A stretch of DNA of 64,000 nucleotides from Macrostomum lignano (GCA_002269645.1 NIVC01000753.1:1-64000); one strand, 5' to 3'. Positions 43,008 through 55,525 are shown, numbered from the stretch's first letter. Translations and numbers: made by a program. The notes: generated by a model from the letters alone, not told the origin.

Positions 43008-45174
43008 GGCTTCCAGTTAATTCGGCGACAAGCTAATTTGGCGACAAGTCAGTTAGGCAACACCCAATTTGGCAAATGCTACAAAAGCTACGAAACTAGA
43101 AAACGAAATTTAACATATTGCCATTTGTCCTTGCCATGTTTTCAAAGAGGTTACACGTACACCCAGCTTACAAGTTGCATTTTGACGCAGTAATTATTCA
43201 TTAGAGAAGTATGCATGCACATCATATTTAATTTACAAGTTTATTTGTCATTGCATTTACAACTCATTTTATGTCAACAATCAAACAAATTAATGGATTG
43301 TGCAAGTATAAAAGTTAGTCTAAAACTTTTAAAAGTTTCAAAGCAAAAAAGTTTTTAAAATTGTTTAAAAAGTTAAAACTAGGTGGAGTAGGCTGTACAA
43401 CAATATAAAACTTAATCATTTTGGGCCATTCAGCAAGCTGCATGCATCTAGCAAGCCTTCGGTGGTCCACGCTCCTGACATGTATTTCACCCAGAAGCAC
43501 TGGTACTGTTGTTCCATTTGACAATAATTTGGTCTTTGTCGCCTTCGCTGAGCGCCTTGAGCAACAAGCCGCAATTCGATTGAGACTATCTGGGCCTCTT
43601 CGTGCAACAGCTGCACCAGCAGGTAAAATTGAAGTCAACCGCGCTGTGCTCTGGCATTTAGCTTCTTGTGCCACCCTTTGGTGTCACTGTTTGCACATAC
43701 ATGTCTTTTTTGAAAACACTGAGTTCCCGGATGCTCCAGATTGTGCTTTGTAGCCATTTAGCCTGCACATAGTCGCACAAAAGTTGTAGAGGCTCCAGCT
43801 GAACTACAGTTCATAGCCAAAAAAAACTGCTCACTAATTTTTTTATGTGGAAGAAATGGCAGCAACATTATCTTTTGGCACACAGATTGTACTTCAAAGT
43901 CAGATATGTACAAATTTTGCAGTCCAGAGCTTTGAATATGGCAATAGATGGCCTGTAAAATGCATGTGTTTGATGACACAAGTAAATTTAAGCAAGCAAA
44001 ACTTATAGTACAGTAGGGTCTGTAACAGTAATCTGTTTAACAGTATATGTTAAGGGTCCCATTCAAAGTTCAATTTCATCCTCTTACACACCTGCATTTA
44101 GTGAAAAACACAGCCTCTAAGTTGAGCATCTGGAAACTGCTGTTTGACAGCTTACCAAGCTGCAGCCTCAAAATCCATGACAACAGCTGTAGGTTGTGCA
44201 TGTGGCACAAGACTGCAGACAGCAGCAAGCAACAAGCAGTAGTCTTCACGCTGCTGCCCAGACATCAGTGCGAATAGGACTGGGACCTGCTTTTTATTGT
44301 CATTTGGACCACTTATGAAGACGTGGATACTGTATAACTGCGTAAATTGTGCATTTACTACATAGAAAGTACCATCCATGTACCATGTATTAGCTTGACA
44401 GAGCAGAGTAAGCATCAGCTTAGTTGCAAATAGCAAGTGTCATCTGCCTGGTTGCTTTAGAAAGAAAAGTAATAACTTCGTTCAGAAATAATAGACTTTT
44501 TAAAAATCTGTCTTTTAGTCGTACCTGAACATCCTTAGCCACAATATGTACAAATACTGGAATTACATTCTATATGTTGCCACTTGTGACATACATCACA
44601 GTCAATGGCGGCAGTGTAATTGGTAATAGTCTTCTTGCAAACAATGCAGTGGTCCATACTGTCTATTTGTCACAATTATTGCAAATTCAATTTCTACTCT
44701 ACCATTCTGAGTTGTCGCGCATTGAGCTAATATACATCACCACATAGACAAAAAATCAATCGATTGAATCCAAATGATGTACATGCTAAGACGGGCAAAG
44801 ACTGCATACTCAAAATATGTTGTAGCTCATTTTTTTTTACTTTTGATCTTTGCTTTGTATATTTTAAAAGCTAACTTAACTTTGTGTTCCCTTTATTCAT
44901 TATACTTTATATAGCAGTCATGCGATTTGATAGCTTATTTGATAGTGGTTGTGAATGAGCTTTTGAGTGGAATGCAGTTCATTGTGCATGTGCAATGTGC
45001 AATGTATATACAATATTGTCAATACGATGTTGATTTTGAAATCCATCTGAGTAAACATGCAAACTCAAACTCAATGCAATGGATGACAAAATGACAATAG
45101 ATTGCTCCCCCTCATGTTGCCAAATTGACTTGTCGCCGAATCAACCTGTCGCCAAATTAACTGGTTCTGGTTCC
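43008..45174 (-). mobile_element. Decayed Mutator (MULE) DNA transposon, ~2.17 kb
   Basis: Imperfect ~50-bp TIRs (CCAGTTAATTCGGCGACAAG... at 43013 / ...CTGTCGCCAAATTAACTGG at ~45164), GG...CC termini, a 9-bp TSD ATCCTAGAT (42999-43007) / CTCCTAGAT (45175-45183), and an internal transposase remnant. Confidence 0.85.
43416..44436 (-). pseudogene. MULE transposase remnant (stops and frameshifts)
   Basis: WYMDGTF, QLYSIH, VPVLFALM, VMDFEAAAW, LPFLP and NSDTKGWHKKLN match MULE transposase motifs, spread across several frames. Confidence 0.88.
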
Positions 45175-47739
45175 CTCCTAGATCATGTCATTGTTACTTT
45201 TTAAGTTAAAGCACATTTTTTAAGCATCATAGAATCATAGAATGAAGTGATTATTAGTAGGCCTAAGATCACTAGGCCCTAGTAGTATATCAGGATGCTT
45301 TTGTTTTTGATTCAATCAAAAACAAGCTCAAGATCAAGGCTAGGCCTAATCTTGAATGACCATCATAGGCCTAGTTAGCATTTTTACTTAACTGTTGACA
45401 TACTTGTTTGAAAACTGAATACTAGGCCCTAATTTATATGTAGGCCCCTAGGCCTAAGGCTTAAACAAAATATTAATACAAAACTGTCAAAAGTCAAAAT
45501 AATGACAATGTTAACATAGGCCTAACAGAAACATACATAGTGAGGCCCTAATAAATAATGAACACAGACTGCCATAACTTAAAGTTAGGTCTAAACACAA
45601 TCTATAAGCCTATTAATAGGCCTAGGCCCCTATGGTTAAAGATTGTCAAGTGAATCAGTGAATGTAGTAGCAGCACTCTTAAATTTAAGCATTAGGAATA
45701 TTTAGAATTTTTTAAATAATTGTTTTTAATCTCATATACTAAAATGAGTTGTCTGTAGCTAAGCTAATATTAACTAATAACGAAAATAATGAAGATAATA
45801 ACAGGGCCTCATAAGCTGAATTATAAGCTGAAGGCTATTTAGCCTCTTCTTGTTCTTAGTCCTTTGACAAACACGAAATGTGCCTAGTGAACTCTGAAAC
45901 CAAAATTTTGGCCAATTTCCTTTCTGAAAATCCCAATTAGAAACCTAGAATTAATAATGTTGCATTAGAGCACTTTAAAAGAGTTAAAATGGTTAGAATT
46001 AGCATGTTTTAGTTATGCTGCGAGTTTATAAATTAGAAATCATTATTCTCAAAGAAACCAATCCGTTAATTGCGTTGCGTCTATACCTTATTACACCCTG
46101 GATGATCGTGAGCCTCTTCACGGAAATCGATTCTCAAACCAGGTCCAGAATCGGTTCGGATTTTCATGAAAAAAGCAGTATAACTATTTAACTTTGTTGA
46201 ATGTTTGACTGCCTTAACAGCCTCACTTTGCACAATTTTTCACTTTCTTCTTGGCTATTGCCATTTAATAATCACAATTTTAAAGCACTAATATCCTAAT
46301 CCTTCTAGTTTAGAAGACAAAAAGTTATACTTTACAAATTGGTTCTGGTTCTAGAACTCAGAGCAAGCAATATGAAGAGCCTCTGTGAGTGTGAGTGAGT
46401 GTGAACAAATATGCTTATGGACAGAATTAGCAAACAGGTCATTTCCTTTTGTTGGTAGTATTGCCTATTATTGGTAGTAGAAAATTTTGACATAAATATG
46501 TCTTCTAGAATATGGGCATTTATATATTTATACCAAATGTGTTTTAATTTTAGTTAGAATTCATATTAGGACTTATATTATAAATATGATGTAAGTTAAA
46601 AGCAAGAGTTATAACAACTTATTGTAGGACTTATGCATCCTAATAAGAATTACTGATCATAAATTTTAGACAGCTTATGGTCAAGGGCGACTTGAGTCAT
46701 CCTTGCATATTTATTAGTATATATGCTTTTTTTATATAAATAATGACATGATCTAATATTAAGTCTATATTATGAAGTATAGAAAAGAATTTAAAATCTG
46801 TTTAAAAATATAGTTAGTAGGGGGGCCTAATGATTTTTACTTGTTTGTTTGCAAACTAAACTGAATATTAGTTTCTATTTTTTTGAATTAGGTATATCTA
46901 CATTCTACAAACAAAATAAATGTAATACTAATATTAATAGAAGTAATATTTTTTAAATTCTATTCTTATATCCAAGTCTATAAAAGCTTAGGCTCCTAAT
47001 TAATTATGTTATGACATTATTGTTATGTATTATTATTGCTATAGTATTATTTGTGCTACGCTTATATACAAATATAGGTATTTTGGATTGCATAAGTCAA
47101 AATTATATAAAATATAAAAGCATTAGAATTGTTTGCAAAATATTAGGGGGGGGGGCTATTAATAATTTTTTTAATTATGTCTACCAAAACCCCATATATA
47201 AATAAATTCTTGCCCTAATAAATGTACTAAATGCCAAGCCTTCAAGTTCCACTTTCTTGCATAAACACTTATTCTTTCAATATGCTTTGTTTAGAAAAAT
47301 TCTAATCTTATTAAGAAAAGGAGTTAGGAAATATTACTAAGAAATTATATTCTAAGAAGAAAGCTATAAACTCTCTAATTCAAATAATACCTAAGACTAA
47401 AAATAATACATAATATTTTATATTAATAAAACCATTCAGGCCAGAAATATACTAAGAAGTGCTATTAGAACTGCTATAATATATTATTAGAAATACCATT
47501 AGAAATAGGTCTATATTAATAATAAGAATTAGAACAACTAACTAAATTATACTAATAGCTTTTTAAAATTAAGAACATCTATTATACATTGGTGGTATCA
47601 GTAAGATAATTTTAGATGATAGAATCAATAACCCCTTTGGTGGTGGCAGCAGTGGGATTGCAATAAGCAGCACTACTATAACTTGATAGAAACAAGAAGA
47701 TATTCTAGGATAAAACAAAATGCCTATAACAAGTGAATA

Positions 47740-48000
47740 GCTAAGCAGACACTAAGTGAATAAGTGAATAGCCACTCTAAGTGAATAGGTGAATAAGCAC
47801 TCAAAGTGAATGGGTAAATAGGCACTCCAGATAAATGGGTGAACAGGCACTCTATGTGAATGGGTGAACAGGCACTCTATGTGAATGGGATGAACAGGTA
47901 CTCTAGGTGAATGGGATGAATAGGCAATCTATGTGAATGGGATGAACAGGTACTCTAGGTGAATGGGGTGAACAGGCACTCTATGTGAATGGGTCAACAG
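47740..48000. repeat. ~25-bp degenerate tandem repeat (GTGAATGGGTGAACAGGCACTCTAT)
   Basis: About 10 visible copies. Confidence 0.85.
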
Positions 48001-48298
48001 GCAGTAGATGAATGGAATAGCCAGGTGAATATGCAGTCCAGATGAGAAGTCTTTAGAGAAACCAATTTCGAATATCTTGTTTATGAATTCTTGAAAAAAT
48101 ATCATAATTTTTTGTTGGCTCACTAATTAGAAACCATGTTTTAAATTTGTTTGAGTAAAACAGGTACAACTGTGTGTCTGCAGTGAATTTTGTTGTCAAT
48201 CTGAGCCAGCAAATATTAGTTGCTATGGAAACTGGCTATCCAACAAGCATATGGTATTGTATTATTTCAGTTAGTTAAAGCTGTAAAACACTAAAAAG

Positions 48299-48694
48299 AT
48301 GTCAGCATCAGCGGCTTCGCTGAGCAGCCAGCGCCAGCGAGTGCTCAGCCTGTACCGTCAGATCCTTCGTTTGGCCAGGCAGTGGCCTGGCCGGCCAGGC
48401 GTGGCAGACCCGGCCACGGAGGCGGCCTACATCCGGACAGAGGCTGGCACCCTGTTCCGCCAGCACAAGTCCCTGTCAGACCCGGCCGTCATCGAGTCTC
48501 ACATTGCGGAGGCGGAGTCGCGCATTAATTTGGCTCTGCACTACAATATCCCGTATCCGCGCATGCCAAATTTGCCGCCTGGTTGCTTAGCAACGCCCGG
48601 CCAGCCGAAGCGTCGGACAGCCCGCGGCATGGACGACGCCCTGCCGGCTTATATGAAGAGCTACAAATCCGGCTACGCGCCTAAGATCAAGTAG
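48299..48694 (+). CDS. LYRM1: LYR motif-containing protein 1 (Complex1_LYR family), 131 aa, single exon
   Basis: VLSLYRQILRLARQW...YIRTEAGTLFRQHK...ESRINLALHYNIPYPR..LPP matches the recalled LYRM1 pattern (LYR...F...HYxIPYPR). Confidence 0.92.
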   Translation: MSASAASLSSQRQRVLSLYRQILRLARQWPGRPGVADPATEAAYIRTEAGTLFRQHKSLSDPAVIESHIAEAESRINLALHYNIPYPRMPNLPPGCLATPGQPKRRTARGMDDALPAYMKSYKSGYAPKIK

Positions 48695-48957
48695 TATTTG
48701 AGCAGCCGTTGTCGAACTTGAGATAGCGGAATTTGACAGCTTATTTAGTGACAGCAACTTGCTTGTTTGATGTACTTTTGCCATTTCCGAGTTCGAGTTT
48801 GATGCGCTAATAGCTCTGAGCTTCATCGGCTTTTTTAACCTTAGAAATCGCTCCCCCGCATTATTCAAGAATCACATTTGAGCTTTATAAATCAATAATC
48901 AATTATCGCTTTTCATCGCCCTTAAAAACGGCTTTATAATCATTTAAAAATTGCCTT

Positions 48958-49660
48958 TCATCGCCCTCCATCATCACCAAGAATCGCTTTCATTCATCAT
49001 CACCAAGAATCGCCCTCCATCATCACCAAGAATCGCTTTCATTCATCATCACCAAGAATCGCCCTCCATCATCACCAAGAATCGCTTTCATTCATCATCA
49101 CCAAGAATCGCCCTCCATCATCACCAAGAATCGCCCTCCATCATCACCAATAATCGTCCTTCATCATCACCAAGAATCGCCCTCCATCATCACCAAGAAT
49201 CGCTTTCATTCATCATCACCAAGAATCGCCCTCCATCATCACCAAGAATCGCCCTCCATCATCACCAATAATCGTCCTTCATCATCACCAAGAATCGCCC
49301 TCCATCATCACCAAGAATCGCCCTCCATCATCACCAAGAATCTCCTTCCATCATCACCAAGAATCGCCCTCCATCATCACCAAGAATCGCCCTCCATCAT
49401 CACCAATAATCGCCCTTCATCACCACCAAGAATCGCCCTCCATCATCACCAATAATCGTCCTTCATCATCACCAAGAATCGCCCTCCATCATCACCAAGA
49501 ATCGCCCTCCATCATCACCAATAATCGTCCTTCATCATCACCAAGAATCGCCCTCCATCATCACCGAGAATCCCCCTTCATCATCACCACCAAGAATCGC
49601 CCTCCATCATCACCAAGAATCGCCCTCCATCATCACCAAGAATCGCCCTTCATCATCATC
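48958..49660. repeat. 23-bp minisatellite (CCATCATCACCAAGAATCGCCCT)n
   Basis: 23-bp period (49101 to 49124), about 30 copies. Confidence 0.95.
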
Positions 49661-50507
49661 TCTCCTCGAGCATTGCCATTTGTAACGAGCATTTGTAAAT
49701 TGAATAAATAAAATTGTTTGACTCTGAACCTTGTTTTTCATATTAAACAACAAATTTTCGTCTATTTTTGCTTACTTTTCTACTTGTAGTAGTATTGTAG
49801 AATCGCTTTAGGATTTTATTCGATTGCCATGTTGCTTTTTGCCTTACATTGCTTGCTATCGCGTAGTTATACAAGCTGGCCTAAGAGCCCAGTAAATATT
49901 CGGTCAACTTGTTTCAAATAAATAAACGATTTTAATAAAAAATCTGCTCTTACCAGCTCGTAGTAAAAAGGGGTATAAAGTAGGATATTGGAAATCACCT
50001 GTGTCCGTCTAGCGGGTTTGTCGAAAATGATTTATTAGTTAATATCCTCTGGCAAGTGTTGCTTTTGTGTGTTTTCCATTTCACTCTTGTTGGTTGTTCA
50101 GTTCATTTCCTGTCGCGCTTCTTCTTGGATGAGGAAGGGCAGCCGCGGCGGCTGGGAGCTATAATTAGATTACTTTGAGCGATGAAGCACCGAGCGAGCG
50201 TGCAACCTAGCCTAGCTCGGGTCTGTTTATGTGGGCTGACAAATGCTTTTTGCTTAATAACATTCGCTTGCGTAAGCGGAATTTTCTTGTTTTTTTTCTT
50301 GTGCAAAAAAATGTAACTTTAAAAAACAGGGCGATTTTTTGCGCAAAAAAGTTCGCTAGGGCTTCTAAGAGATGTTTCTTTAGCTTTTCTAGGCTTTCTT
50401 AGCTGATTCTTTGCGGTTTTGAACGCGTCCGATTCTTGCATTAGGGTTCTCTCGGGTTCGATTCCTGCCGCGTGCTCAGGGTCAGCGGAATGGGCCCGAC
50501 TGCAACT

Positions 50508-50532
50508 GATTAACTAACTAACTGACTGACTG

Positions 50533-50563
<31 letters not shown>

Positions 50564-50716
50564 GACTGACTGACTAACTAACTGACTAACTAACTGAATA
50601 ACTAACTAACTAACTGACTAACTAACTAATTAACTAACTGACTAACTAACTGACTAACTAACTGACTAACTAACTAACTAACTAACTAACTGACTAACTA
50701 ACTAACTAACTAACTG

Positions 50717-50747
<31 letters not shown>

Positions 50748-50748
50748 G

Positions 50749-50781
<33 letters not shown>

Positions 50782-50802
50782 ATGACTAACTAATTAACTA
50801 AA

Positions 50803-50853
<51 letters not shown>

Positions 50854-50876
50854 TTGACTAACTAACTAACTGACTG

Positions 50877-50919
<43 letters not shown>

Positions 50920-50944
50920 GACTAACTAACTAACTAACTAACTG

Positions 50945-50999
<55 letters not shown>

Positions 51000-51052
51000 G
51001 ACTAACTAACTAACTAACTGACTGACTAACTAACTAACTAACTAACTAACTG

Positions 51053-51091
<39 letters not shown>

Positions 51092-51156
51092 GAATAACTA
51101 ACTAACTAACTGACTAACTAACTAACTTACTAACTAACTAACTAACTAACTAACTT

Positions 51157-51187
<31 letters not shown>

Positions 51188-51188
51188 G

Positions 51189-51219
<31 letters not shown>

Positions 51220-51310
51220 GACTAACTAACTAACTAACTAACTGAATAACAAACTAACTGACTAACTAACTAACTAACTAACTAACTGACTGACTAACTA
51301 ATTAACTAAA

Positions 51311-51361
<51 letters not shown>

Positions 51362-51388
51362 ATGACTAACTAACTAACTAACTGACTG

Positions 51389-51423
<35 letters not shown>

Positions 51424-51524
51424 GACTAACTAACTAACTAACTAACTGACTAACTAACTAACTAACTAACTTACTAACTAACTAACTAACTAACTAACTG
51501 ACTAACTAACTAACTAACTGACTG

Positions 51525-51559
<35 letters not shown>

Positions 51560-51560
51560 G

Positions 51561-51595
<35 letters not shown>

Positions 51596-51620
51596 GAATA
51601 ACTAACTAACTAACTAACTG

Positions 51621-51679
<59 letters not shown>

Positions 51680-51680
51680 G

Positions 51681-51739
<59 letters not shown>

Positions 51740-51812
51740 GACTAACTAACTAACTAACTAACTGACTAACTAACTAACTAACTAACTGAATAACTAACTA
51801 ACTGACTAACTG

Positions 51813-51859
<47 letters not shown>

Positions 51860-51860
51860 G

Positions 51861-51899
<39 letters not shown>

Positions 51900-51952
51900 G
51901 ACTAACTAACTAACTAACTAACTGACTAACTAACTAACTAACTAACTAACTG

Positions 51953-51987
<35 letters not shown>

Positions 51988-52056
51988 GACTAACTAACTA
52001 ACTAACTAACTAACTGACTAACTAACTAACTAACTAACTGACTAACTAACTAACTG

Positions 52057-52087
<31 letters not shown>

Positions 52088-52140
52088 GACTAACTAACTA
52101 ACTAACTAACTAACTGACTAACTAACTAACTAACTAACTG

Positions 52141-52185
<45 letters not shown>

Positions 52186-52208
52186 ATAACTAACTAACTA
52201 ACTAACTG

Positions 52209-52239
<31 letters not shown>

Positions 52240-52288
52240 GACTAACTAACTAACTAACTAACTGAATAACTAACTAACTGACTAACTG

Positions 52289-52327
<39 letters not shown>

Positions 52328-52328
52328 G

Positions 52329-52359
<31 letters not shown>

Positions 52360-52412
52360 GACTAACTATCTAACTAACTAACTGACTAACTAACTAACTA
52401 ACTAACTAACTG

Positions 52413-52455
<43 letters not shown>

Positions 52456-52536
52456 GAATAACTAACTAACTGACTAACTGACTAACTGAATAACTAACTG
52501 ACTAACTAACTAACTGAATAACTAACTGACTAACTA
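50508..52536. repeat. (CTAA)n / (TAAC)n microsatellite with CTGA variants, ~2 kb
   Basis: Directly visible. Confidence 0.98.
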
Positions 52537-52539
52537 AAA

Positions 52540-52630
52540 AACTAGCTGAGTGACCAACTGTGGCCACGGTGCGGAATCGAACCTGGGAGCCCTGACGCAA
52601 CGGTCTATACGCGCTACCACCCCAGTCCTC
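52540..52630 (-). mobile_element. tRNA-like SINE head (a second B box on the plus strand at 50455-50465)
   Basis: B box GGTTCGATTCC at 52583-52573 with an upstream degenerate A box; resembles the head at 41625-41690. Confidence 0.5.
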
Positions 52631-52643
52631 TTAGTTTCTACAG

Positions 52644-53030
52644 CAAGCGCACATCGCACTTCTGGCATTCCAGTCGCAATCCGGGCAGACGCACCAGCCG
52701 GACGAAGCCGCGAACTGGGAGGCGGTGGACGAGCGGCTGCTGCACGTCGAGCACGGCGGCCTGCTGCTGGCCGGCGGCGGCGGCTGCCGCGTCTCCGGCC
52801 TCGACTCGGCGGCGCCGCGGCTTCAACAGGGCCGGCTGGATCTGCGCGGCCGCTACAAAGACGCCGCTGGCACCGTGATGTACTTTGAGCTGTTGGACGC
52901 CGGGGAAGGCGCCGCCGGTCCAACATGTCGGCTGGTTGGCCAGACGGAGAAGCTGCTGCTGGTGGAGCCGCCTATGCAGAGCAAATCAGTGCTGGGCAGG
53001 ACGGCAGCTCGCGATAAGGCGGCCAACTGA
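52644..53030 (+). CDS. GTF3C6: General transcription factor IIIC subunit 6 (TFIIIC35-like), coding exon with no ATG before the conserved domain
   Basis: RLLHVEHGGLL...CRVSGLDSAAPRLQQG...GRYKDAAGTVMYFE...QTEKLL aligns with recalled human QLVLVELSGII...CKVLGIDTERPILQVD...GEYEDTLGTCVIFE...HTMKKL. There are phase-0 acceptors at 52643 and 52673. Confidence 0.78.
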   Translation, partial: QAHIALLAFQSQSGQTHQPDEAANWEAVDERLLHVEHGGLLLAGGGGCRVSGLDSAAPRLQQGRLDLRGRYKDAAGTVMYFELLDAGEGAAGPTCRLVGQTEKLLLVEPPMQSKSVLGRTAARDKAAN

Positions 53031-53099
53031 TGAATTCAAAGAGTATTTATAAGAGTATTTGGTGGGAAAATTGCTAAGGGCAAGTAGATTTTCCATTGA

Positions 53100-53390
53100 A
53101 TGGTTGGGGAGAATTTTCCCATAGATTAATTGGGGAGATTTTTCCCATAGACTAATTAGGGAGATTTTTTCTCATAGACTAATTAGGGAGATTTTTTCTC
53201 ATAGACTAATTAGGGAGATTTTTGCCATTGACTAGTTAGGGAGATTTTTCCCATAGACTAATTAGGGAGACTTTTGCCATTGACTAGTTGGGGAGATTTT
53301 TCCATTGACTTATTGAGGATATTTTTGCCCTTTGACTAATTAGGAAGATTTTCCCATTGACTGGTTGGGTAGGTTTTTCCCATAGACGGG
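53100..53390. repeat. Degenerate ~27-bp repeat (GGGAGATTTTTCCCATAGACTAATTA)
   Basis: About 10 visible copies 3' of GTF3C6. Confidence 0.8.
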
Positions 53391-53799
53391 TTTCAGTTTG
53401 TTTAGTTTAGTAAATTTTCCCCACAGTTGTATATTCTCTTGTCATTTGTCACTTTGCTGTTTTTGCTTTCGAGTTTATAGACTCGTAATTAGTGTTCGCT
53501 TTGTACGTTGAAATGTGTAAATATATTATAATTATTGTACAGTACATTTAGTGCAGAGTTGAGCACTTCTATACATGTACCTTCCAAGTTAAAATGCAAA
53601 ACATGTCTCCATATTGTTCCTATTCATTTTCTTTACTGTAATCTGCCCTTAGAATAGGACAGCCAAACAAGTCTGTATCTACTGGCACTGCAGCTGCCTA
53701 CCTTTCATTGGATGTCCTATTTATTTAGCGGTACCAATTATCCTGGTATGGCTAAATATTGCAACCTAAGAATGCGGTCATATCTAATAATCCGACTCA

Positions 53800-54740
53800 G
53801 AGATTCGCTTCCGAATCCGCCCCTCCAAAATCACATCTAAATCCGCCCCCCTCCCAAAAATCGCATCCAAATCTGCCCCCTCTAAAAAATCGCATCCAAA
53901 TCCGCCCCTTCCAAAAATCGCATCTAAATCCGCCCCCTTCCAAAAATCGCATCCAAATCCGCCCCCTCCCAAAAATTGCATCTAAATCCGCCCCTCTCAA
54001 AAATCGCATCTAAATCCGCCCCTCCCGAAAATTGCATCAAAATCCGCCCCCCTCCAAAATCGCATCCGAATCGATCCGCCCCCTCCCAAAAATCGCATCT
54101 TAATCCGCCCCCCTCTCAAAAATCACATCTAAATCCACCCCCTCCCAAAAATCGAATCAAAATCCGCCCCCTCCCAAAAATCGCATCCAAATCCGCCCCT
54201 CTCAAAAATCGTATCTAAATCCGCCCTCTCTCAAGAATCGCATCCAAATCCGCCCCTCTCAAAAATCGCATCCAAATCCGCCCCCTCCCAAAAATCGCAT
54301 CCAAATCCGCTATCTCCCAAAAATCGCATCCAAATCCGCCCCCTCCCAAAAATCGAATCAAAATCCGCCCCTCCCAAAAATCGCATCCAAATCCGCCCCT
54401 CTCAAAAATCGTATCTAAATCCGCCCTCTCTCAAGAATCGCATCCAAATCCGCCCCCTCCAAAAAATCGCATCCAAATCCGCTATCTCCCAAAAATCGCA
54501 CTCAAATCCGCCCCTCCCAAAAATCGCATCCAAATCCGCCCCCTCTCAAGAATCGCATTCAAATCCGCCGCCTCTCAAAAATCGCATCTAAATCCGCCCT
54601 CTCAAAAATCGCATCCAAATCCGCCCTCTCCCAAAAATCGCATCCAAATCCGCCCCCTCCCAAAAATCGCATCCAAATCCGCCCCCTCCCAAAAATCGCA
54701 TCCAAATCCGCCCCCTCCCCCAAAATCGTTCGCGAACCCG
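53800..54740. repeat. ~29-bp minisatellite (AAAAATCGCATCCAAATCCGCCCCCTCCC)n
   Basis: 29-bp period (54641 to 54670). Confidence 0.93.
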
Positions 54741-55244
54741 CCCTGAGATTCGCAAATGCGCCCAAAAACGGCTCCCAAGTCGGCCTCAAATAGCAATGTT
54801 GAATCAGAATTCCGCAGTTATTTTCGCCTGTTCGGTTTGAAAAATCGTATTAGCAGCAGCCCAGCGCAGTTGACCCTTCAGTCGGCAATAGAGGAATTCT
54901 GTGCAGGGAAGCAGTTGCCCCGTTTGAAGGTTATGTCCATGTCAACTGTTTTAGTTGCTAACCATAGGTAGCTGTGCTAAACTCTTCCCTGCGATTTGAA
55001 CTGTTCAGAATTGCTGCCCTCCGTCTTGAAATTTGTTTGTTCTTTCTGAACTCGCCGACAGGTCAAGCATTACGAACACGAAACCGTAAAGCTCTGAATT
55101 GTAAAGAAATCGGCCTATCATAAATCACTGTTATCACTGCGGTCGGGTACTGTATTGCTTTCAAGTGAAAGTAACTGCTTTGCCGTGTGTTTTCCATATT
55201 AGTTTAAGAAACGGTCACTAAATTATATCCGTACTATTACCACT

Positions 55245-55306
55245 ACCACTACTACCACTACCACGACTACCACTACCACGACTACCACAACTACTACTAC
55301 TACCAT

Positions 55307-55345
<39 letters not shown>

Positions 55346-55348
55346 CAT

Positions 55349-55387
<39 letters not shown>

Positions 55388-55423
55388 CATCACTACTACT
55401 ACTACTACTACTACTACTACCAT

Positions 55424-55459
<36 letters not shown>

Positions 55460-55462
55460 CAT

Positions 55463-55522
<60 letters not shown>

Positions 55523-55525
55523 CAT

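Noticed and set aside
50102-50271. PSSGLFMWADK segment resembling ASDURF (NSNIFFLADR)
   Set aside because: It needs two frame or stop corrections, lies 5.6 kb and one gene away from ASNSD1, and the match is too short.
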